Positions 54,130-55,560 of a DNA stretch of 55,560 bases are shown here, piece after piece. Both the position numbers and the translations under genes were made by a program. The stretch is from assembly GCF_001194135.2 (NCBI RefSeq), contig NC_068988.1, forward strand, positions 82,965,941 through 83,021,500, read 5' to 3'. The DNA comes from Octopus bimaculoides. Taxonomy: Eukaryota. Every line of letters starts with the position of its first letter. The first letter of the stretch is position 1. The notes under the pieces are model-generated. The model did not search any database. It had not been told where the DNA came from and saw only the letters and a list, made by a program, of their open reading frames with translations.

Positions 54130-55560
54130 TTTGAGTTACAAGAATTTCATAGGTTTCAAACTATCATTAGAATACTGCAGCAGACAAATGTATTGAGAAT
54201 TGAATGTGAGAGTTAATGAAACTTGTTACATGACAGCTTAATTTACTCGGCGAAAATCAATCAATGAGAATTTGAACATTTTACTAGGAAAAGCTTGTGA
54301 AACAAAACGCATAACTTGTAAATTTATTTGGTTTGCACAATAAAACATAGCCAATATATGCTGTAGATTGAATTCTATTCAATTAAATCTATTTAAACCA
54401 ATAGAAAGTATTCATCATCTAATTTTCCCCAATTTTATTCAAATGGCATCTTCAACTTATTGAAAGCCGAACGTTTCTGTTCCAAAACGCTTTTTCAGAA
54501 TATTTGCCGTAAATTTTTAATTTGATTAAAATTTTTATTTGAGTGCATTTCCAGTGCACACATCCTTTTTGCCTTGGAGCACTCTTTAAACATTTCAACG
54601 ATATGACAGAGTGCATTATTCAGCTGAAGTATCTATATTTTCCTGACAGCAAATTGATTTATTGTGCTGAAGTATTTACATTTTCACTAAAGCATTTCCC
54701 TTGAATGTTTCGGAAAAGGTTCGAAAAAATTTTGAAACGAAATGTTACCGGTAGTTGACAATTATTGGCGAATGAGATCTTGCCAGTTAGCCAAATGGCT
54801 TGTTTCGGGTTTGCGGCCTAGAATATAATTTTTAAAGGCTTAGTCAGAGGGAGAAGTGCAGTGCTCACGAATCCTTTCAAGACCTCTGTATTTGGTGAGG
54901 TGGAGGGAGGGAGGAAAAGACCCTTAGACTAGTGACCTGGTTTGATTACTTACAATGGAAAGGACGTTACTAAAGGCACCCAAGGCATAAGTGGCAATGT
55001 TAAACTAGGCAAAAAACTTCAAAACTGTACCTCAGGACTGAATTGATATAAGATTAATTTTAATCTATATTTTTAATTGTGTATAATGGTGTGTGCTAGA
55101 GTTTATTAGCGAGAATCTTATTTAAGAACATTATCATTATTATTTTTTAAGTGTGCTTCTGTTTAATCGGGATCCTCTAGTTTGAATGTTATAATTAATA
55201 TCTAAAAAATTTTTCTACGGTATGAATGCTTTATTTATTTTGATGATTATTGCTCTAACGGGTTTTTAAAAATTCTATAGCGTTCTCAATTGATCAGCAA
55301 CTGAACTGTATAGTATACAATTTTTATGTTTGAGTTGATTTGCCGTTTGCTCGTTCCTTGCACATTTGGGATGGACGGTTGTGTGCCATCTAATACCTTT
55401 TCATCCTGTTTTGTATATTTTCATGGGTCAACTATGAAAATTGGATTTGAATGTCTTCTGTTTTTATTGGCTGTATATAACTAATAATAATAACAATAAT
55501 AGCAATAATAATGGGACCCCGAGGAGATGGAGTATCCTATATTTTATAATATTTTATAAT

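Noticed and set aside
48900-55560. TM1 or extracellular-domain exons of the receptor
   Set aside because: A manual scan found no hydrophobic GY-S-type segment ending in a phase-2 donor; probably outside the window, though a divergent exon could have been missed

Overview
AT-rich, microsatellite- and transposon-dense eukaryotic genomic DNA with three N gaps. The repeat content looks like an octopus (coleoid cephalopod) genome; this is an inference from recognised SINE/LINE tails, not a database match. The main feature is the 3' part of one minus-strand gene for a class B1 (secretin-family) GPCR of the CRF/DH44-receptor type. I rebuilt it by eye from eight GT-AG exons (127, 154, 61, 70, 86, 136, 42, 294 nt) spread over ~46 kb. 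They splice in frame into 322 aa from ICL1/TM2 to the stop at 3197. I found no TM1 or extracellular-domain exons, so they probably lie beyond base 55560. The introns hold Penelope-like elements, RTE, CR1/L2-like and R4/Dong-like LINE relics, maT (DD37D) derivatives, hAT and piggyBac-type non-autonomous elements, tRNA-SINEs and two LTR-like blocks. Best leads: (1) the receptor has Ala instead of the conserved Thr6.42 of the class B activation lock, and a C-terminal DTHM PDZ-type motif; (2) a Penelope tail carries a tRNA-like Pol III cassette plus a minimal hammerhead ribozyme (53598-53975); (3) inverted repeat pairs bracket receptor exons; (4) a candidate 51-nt ICL1 cassette exon; (5) a perfect 28-bp-stem hairpin. 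Most listed ORFs are microsatellite or gap artefacts.
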